Made by a program: the position numbers and the translations under genes. This document shows positions 26,280 to 29,556 of a stretch of DNA of 29,556 bases, one piece after another. Numbering within the stretch: position 1 is the stretch's first letter; each line of letters opens with the position of its first letter. Source of the DNA: a virus (taxonomy: Duplodnaviria > Caudoviricetes); the IMG/VR virus record IMGVR_UViG_3300024257_000045, positions 1 through 29,556 of that record. One strand, given 5' to 3'. The notes under the pieces were generated by a model. The model did not search any database. It saw only the letters and a list, made by a program, of their open reading frames with translations, and was not told the DNA's origin.

Positions 26280-26811
26280 CCTCTATAATAGTATCACCCT
26301 TAGCTGGTTCTACTGATACAGTATTGAATCTACTATTAACACCTAAAGTGATAGATGCTTTGTCAATAGTATTCATAGCCTTCTCATAGTGTTCAGGTTG
26401 CATATCATGTTCAATAACATTAGCCATTGATACACCCATTCCTTGACCTTCTGTTACTACTTTTTGTGCCTTACCTTTTTCTACTAGTTTAGCAATCCCA
26501 CTTATTATATTATTAGTAACTTCATGTATATTTTTGACATTTTGATGCTTGTATTCCATGCTGTCTAAATTGTATTTAACTGCTTGATTTATTGCGATAT
26601 TGTCAATCGCACTTAATTCGCACTTTTTGGCATTTTCTAAAGTCGTTTGAGCTTCGACTATATGGGCGTTTTCTTTACCTATTCCATCGCATATTTTACG
26701 AACCATACTCTCACTGATTTTGTATGTTTTTGCTAGTTGAATATTGGTATAAATGCCGGTCTTAAATTTCGCAATAATGTTAGCTTTTTGTCTGTCTGAA
26801 AGTTTAGCCAT
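26266..26811 (-). CDS. terS: Terminase small subunit (N-terminal HTH)
   Basis: YTNIQLAKTYKISESMVRKI HTH; directly upstream of and overlapping terL. Confidence 0.75.
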   Translation of the reverse strand: MAKLSDRQKANIIAKFKTGIYTNIQLAKTYKISESMVRKICDGIGKENAHIVEAQTTLENAKKCELSAIDNIAINQAVKYNLDSMEYKHQNVKNIHEVTNNIISGIAKLVEKGKAQKVVTEGQGMGVSMANVIEHDMQPEHYEKAMNTIDKASITLGVNSRFNTVSVEPAKGDTIIEVEIE

Positions 26812-27122
26812 TAGAATAAAGTTCCTTGTGATTCGTGGTGTGTTGGAGCTGCTTTAGCTTTCATCTTCTTAGATATCTTAGGTATATCATCTTTTCTATC
26901 AAACATCGCTTCCCTTATAAATGCACTTATAGACATATCGTGTCTTATACATAAAATGCCTATCTCAAAATATTGCTCAAGTGGTATTAGTGTGATTATT
27001 TTCTTAGTGGATTTTCCAAACTCATCCAATTGCCATTCGTACATATCACGAAATTCATGCTCTTTTAAAGCCTTAATGCCTTTTGGTGATGTAGGAAGTG
27101 GTTTGGATGGTGGTTTAGCCAT
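26811..27122 (-). CDS. Putative ribbon-helix-helix regulator
   Basis: KKIITLIPLEQYFEIGILCIRHDMSISAFIREAM pattern. Confidence 0.6.
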   Translation of the reverse strand: MAKPPSKPLPTSPKGIKALKEHEFRDMYEWQLDEFGKSTKKIITLIPLEQYFEIGILCIRHDMSISAFIREAMFDRKDDIPKISKKMKAKAAPTHHESQGTLF

Positions 27123-27339
27123 TCTTTAGCTTTTCCTCACATACTTTCCCCCAACCCACCATGATAAGATTAAACTTATCTATAGTATGTGGATGTTCAA
27201 TAGGAGGCTCACCTTTGATTATGATATGATTGCCACGTTTCCAAGTATGGATAGTGTTTGTGCTTATTTTCAGATACCTGCTTAATGCAGAGATTGAAGT
27301 CGGATTATATATTCTCTTTAGTCGTTTTTCTTTTTTCAT
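27115..27339 (-). CDS. HTH DNA-binding protein, probably leaderless
   Basis: SISALSRYLKISTNTIHTWKRG HTH; no SD; -10 box ends 7 nt before ATG. Confidence 0.7.
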   Translation of the reverse strand: MKKEKRLKRIYNPTSISALSRYLKISTNTIHTWKRGNHIIIKGEPPIEHPHTIDKFNLIMVGWGKVCEEKLKNG

Positions 27340-27345
27340 GCAGTA

Positions 27346-27369
27346 ATAGTATCACATATTTACTTAAAT
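27346..27369 (-). promoter_or_regulatory. Host-like promoter ATTTAAGTAAAT-N6-TACTAT
   Basis: Identical to 29086-29109 except 3 nt in the spacer. Confidence 0.7.
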
Positions 27370-27503
27370 AACAAATAGCATAACACAGATGTTACTATAG
27401 AGACACTGGCAGGCACTACAATATAATTGTACTCACCCATCAGATAGCGAGATCTATATTTGCATAATGAGTGCTTTAAGTTATTCAGTTCATGCTTTAG
27501 CAT
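27360..27503 (-). CDS. 47-aa hypothetical protein with hydrophobic C-terminus
   Basis: Hand translation MLKHELNNLK...VTSVLCYLLFK; AAGGGA SD. Confidence 0.45.
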   Translation of the reverse strand: MLKHELNNLKHSLCKYRSRYLMGEYNYIVVPASVSIVTSVLCYLLFK

Positions 27504-27563
27504 TTGATCCCTTTCATTTTATAAGAGTGTAAAACAACCAATAGAAACCAGCTCTATGGATGT

Positions 27564-27752
27564 TTATAGCTCGTACTTTCTAGAAGCCTTCTCTATTGCG
27601 TCATAAACAACTCTATCTGTAGCTTTATACATAGAAGATAGTATTTCTTTTCTACTTGTTTCCCAAATCCTGTTAATATCATCAGGGTCAACTATACCAA
27701 TATTCCTTAAAGTCTTAACTACCAACTTTTTTATTATCTTCTTTGATTTCAT
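27564..27752 (-). CDS. Hypothetical protein
   Basis: ORF track; TAAGGAG SD. Confidence 0.65.
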   Translation of the reverse strand: MKSKKIIKKLVVKTLRNIGIVDPDDINRIWETSRKEILSSMYKATDRVVYDAIEKASRKYEL

Positions 27753-27843
27753 TTCTGCTCCTTAGTATTTGCTCATGATACAATGACCATGACTCATCTT
27801 ATAATCTTCTAAAAATCATGTTTATTCATTACTTATCTTTTGT

Positions 27844-28272
27844 TTATTGTTTCTCACACCATACTTTGGCAGCTTCCCAAGTCATTGGTTTATCACTTGA
27901 TTTACCCCAAACAAGGTTACCATTTTCATCTGTTCTAACACACCTGACATAAAACTCAACTGTCTTATTGCCGTAGTGGGAGCCGCCATACTTAAAGTAA
28001 ACACCCCAAGCACTCTTAGAATCTGAAACATTTGACGAAGAAGACCAATAAAAACTAGGAGTAAATCCCTCCATACTTGTAGCAGGGTCATATTTTTCAT
28101 AATCTACCGTACTGAGTAACTCCTTTATGTTTGGCATTCTCCAAGAGATTCTATCTTTCTTTACTAAATCGTATGTTATTCCATCTATTGTTATTTCCCT
28201 CATTGTTTGTTCTTCGCTACTAAGTACGTCATCTTCAATCATTAATGCTTCTTGCCAAGTTCTTTTACTCAT
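27844..28272 (-). CDS. DUF1566 (Lcl C-terminal, C-type-lectin-like) protein, circularly permuted
   Basis: WRMPNIKEL, YWSSS, AWGVYF..G, YVRCVR motifs, followed by TD..GNLVW...MTWEAAKVWC. Confidence 0.85.
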   Translation of the reverse strand: MSKRTWQEALMIEDDVLSSEEQTMREITIDGITYDLVKKDRISWRMPNIKELLSTVDYEKYDPATSMEGFTPSFYWSSSSNVSDSKSAWGVYFKYGGSHYGNKTVEFYVRCVRTDENGNLVWGKSSDKPMTWEAAKVWCEKQ

Positions 28273-28481
28273 TCTAGCTCATCTTTATAATATCTAGCAA
28301 TTTCAGCTATTTCATCTTCAGATAAAGTTTCAATAAGTGCATCAGTTCCGATTTCGTCATGTATGGATTGTAACATCCACTGCATATCTTTTCTATTGGT
28401 ATTAAAATCTACAACTAAAAGTCTAGCTGAAGATGTTGAAATTGTTACCACTGTGTCGCATAATACTATTTCTATATTCAC
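28269..28481 (-). CDS. Hypothetical protein
   Basis: ORF track; GTG start with AAGGT SD; ATGA overlap with the next gene. Confidence 0.6.
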   Translation of the reverse strand: MNIEIVLCDTVVTISTSSARLLVVDFNTNRKDMQWMLQSIHDEIGTDALIETLSEDEIAEIARYYKDELE

Positions 28482-28566
28482 TTTCTCAACCTTTAAATAT
28501 TGCTGTAACTATAATTGTTGAAATAATAGCCCAAATAATAAACATTAATGTCACTTTCTCAACCTT
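28478..28566. repeat. 16-bp direct repeat TCACTTTCTCAACCTT
   Basis: Exact copies at 28478-28493 and 28551-28566; minus strand reads AAGGTTGAGAAAGTGA (SD + GTG). Confidence 0.8.
28486..28554 (-). CDS. 22-aa hydrophobic peptide (MTLMFIIWAIISTIIVTAIFKG)
   Basis: GTG start inside a 16-bp repeat, stop inside the second copy. Confidence 0.4.
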   Translation of the reverse strand: MTLMFIIWAIISTIIVTAIFKG

Positions 28567-28703
28567 CTGAGTTCTTTTTCACAAGCGACTCTTATCGCTC
28601 TTGCTTCGTAAAAGCCAGATGCAACATCTAAGGCATACTGAGCATCTTTAATTGAACGACCCTTATACTTATCTAATATCTTCGCTTCTAAGTGGCTAGG
28701 CAT
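28551..28703 (-). CDS. 50-aa hypothetical protein
   Basis: Hand translation MPSHLEAKILDKY...ELRRLRK. Confidence 0.5.
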   Translation of the reverse strand: MPSHLEAKILDKYKGRSIKDAQYALDVASGFYEARAIRVACEKELRRLRK

Positions 28704-28911
28704 CTTGCAAGCCTATCAAAGTTAAAGCAGTAAGTTCCGTGTGGATGTCATATAACATAGCTTCATACTTTTCTAGTTCTTTAACTCTAGCATCTTTAGC
28801 TATTATTGACTCCCTTAGTTGTTTTAAAACATCACTTATTTCTAAACTTACATCTGTCTGAACTGGTGGTGTTATTTCGCCTGCTGTATATTTACCATCT
28901 ATTAACTCCAT
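28696..28911 (-). CDS. Hypothetical coiled-coil protein
   Basis: ORF track; AAGGA SD. Confidence 0.6.
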   Translation of the reverse strand: MELIDGKYTAGEITPPVQTDVSLEISDVLKQLRESIIAKDARVKELEKYEAMLYDIHTELTALTLIGLQDA

Positions 28912-29063
28912 TTTATTTCCTTGATTATTATTATATATTTTTTATCTCTATTTAGCTTATTGCTAAAAACTGCTCTCTTTAAGATATCAAACATCTCGCT
29001 AAAGCTATTAATAGTAAATTCCAATGTATTAAGCTTGATAGTCTCTGTAATTTTAAAATCCAT
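28902..29063 (-). CDS. 53-aa hypothetical protein
   Basis: Hand translation MDFKITETIK...KEIKWS; GAGGAGG SD; first gene after the promoter. Confidence 0.55.
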   Translation of the reverse strand: MDFKITETIKLNTLEFTINSFSEMFDILKRAVFSNKLNRDKKYIIIIKEIKWS

Positions 29064-29085
29064 GTATCCTCCTCTTTCAAGTGAT

Positions 29086-29109
29086 ATAGTATCTTCTATT
29101 TACTTAAAT
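29086..29109 (-). promoter_or_regulatory. Host-like promoter ATTTAAGTAAAT-N6-TACTAT
   Basis: ATAGTA 29086-29091, ATTTACTTAAAT 29098-29109. Confidence 0.7.
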
Positions 29110-29260
29110 CTTTCTTGTAATGTATATTCTGTCTATAATAATCTTCATCATAGACGAAGGCTTCACCACCAGCATCTTTTATTTTCTGTGCTAACTTATA
29201 AGCTGCATCTTTGTCAGTCTTAGTTATGCCATCAGCCGTTGCTACTATATATAGGGGCAT
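29096..29260 (-). CDS. 54-aa hypothetical protein
   Basis: Hand translation MPLYIVATADG...KKDLSK; TAATG-coupled. Confidence 0.55.
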   Translation of the reverse strand: MPLYIVATADGITKTDKDAAYKLAQKIKDAGGEAFVYDEDYYRQNIHYKKDLSK

Positions 29261-29430
29261 TACTCAATATCCTTGAGCTTTGCATTTTCAACTAGCTTAC
29301 GAACTATCTCTTTATTTGTGATATTCGTTTCGTGCTTGTGCTTATAAGCTATTTTTAGTGCTGCTAATCTATCACTTGTTGGAGTTGGTATCTCGATTCT
29401 CTCACCGCCATCTGTTTCAACTGTTTTCAT
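29260..29430 (-). CDS. 56-aa protein, possible RHH-like DNA binder
   Basis: Hand translation MKTVETDGGERIEIPTPTSDRLAALK...ITNKEIVRKLVE; AAGGA SD. Confidence 0.5.
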   Translation of the reverse strand: MKTVETDGGERIEIPTPTSDRLAALKIAYKHKHETNITNKEIVRKLVENAKLKDIE

Positions 29431-29476
29431 TTTGTTCCTTGTATCTTCTGTATTTGTCGCTCTTTACACAATTTCT

Positions 29477-29499
29477 ACAGTCGGCATTGCACCGACTGT
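29477..29499. terminator. GC-rich stem-loop after the SSB-like gene
   Basis: ACAGTCGG-N7-CCGACTGT perfect 8-bp stem; no U tract on the minus strand. Confidence 0.45.
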
Positions 29500-29509
29500 T
29501 TCTACAATC

Positions 29510-29556
29510 TCAGAAAGGGAGTTCTTCCTCTTCAATGTCTATCGGAGCTGTCTCAA
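29510..29556 (-). CDS. C-terminus of a probable single-stranded DNA-binding protein (partial)
   Basis: Reads ETAPIDIEEEELPF-stop, the acidic ...PF tail typical of SSB. Confidence 0.6.
   Translation of the reverse strand, partial: ETAPIDIEEEELPF

Noticed and set aside
27882-28100. 72-aa alternative-frame ORF inside the DUF1566 gene
   Set aside because: Fully nested, no SD, no recognisable motif
27844-28272. Complete diversity-generating retroelement
   Set aside because: A DUF1566 target-like gene is present, but no template repeat, reverse transcriptase or Avd is visible in the window
1-29556. Alternative genetic code or tRNA genes
   Set aside because: Core genes are full length under the standard code with TAA/TAG/TGA all used as stops; no cloverleaf with T-loop and D-loop consensus was seen in the intergenic regions

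Overview
This AT-rich window is the packaging, head and tail region of a tailed phage (siphovirus-type, non-contractile tail tube). Almost all genes are on the minus strand. From right to left: the C-terminus of a probable SSB and small early genes (one is a circularly permuted DUF1566 protein), HTH and RHH regulators, TerS, TerL, portal, minor head protein, scaffold, major capsid, head-tail joining proteins, tail tube, a tail chaperone with a -1 frameshift, tape measure, two tail-tip proteins and paralogous tail fibre/tailspike genes. Promoter style (TTTAAG upstream element, TGnTATAAT) suggests a Campylobacterota host, which is an inference. Two non-structural islands interrupt the structural operon, each next to a copy of the same ~150-bp element (7 TAAATTAT repeats, TTGACA, a hairpin and an inverted repeat at conserved spacing). 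One copy heads a 5.1-kb cassette of virion-like genes on the opposite strand. The other sits between an unannotated RHH gene and a candidate structured small RNA that converges on a 23-aa hydrophobic peptide gene. Eight copies of a phage-specific promoter (AAACACCTTT-N20/21-TATAAT) and four of a host-like promoter define two regulons. No tRNA, rRNA, CRISPR array, integrase, reverse transcriptase or clear lysis gene was seen. All protein family calls come from motif recognition by eye, not from database searches.
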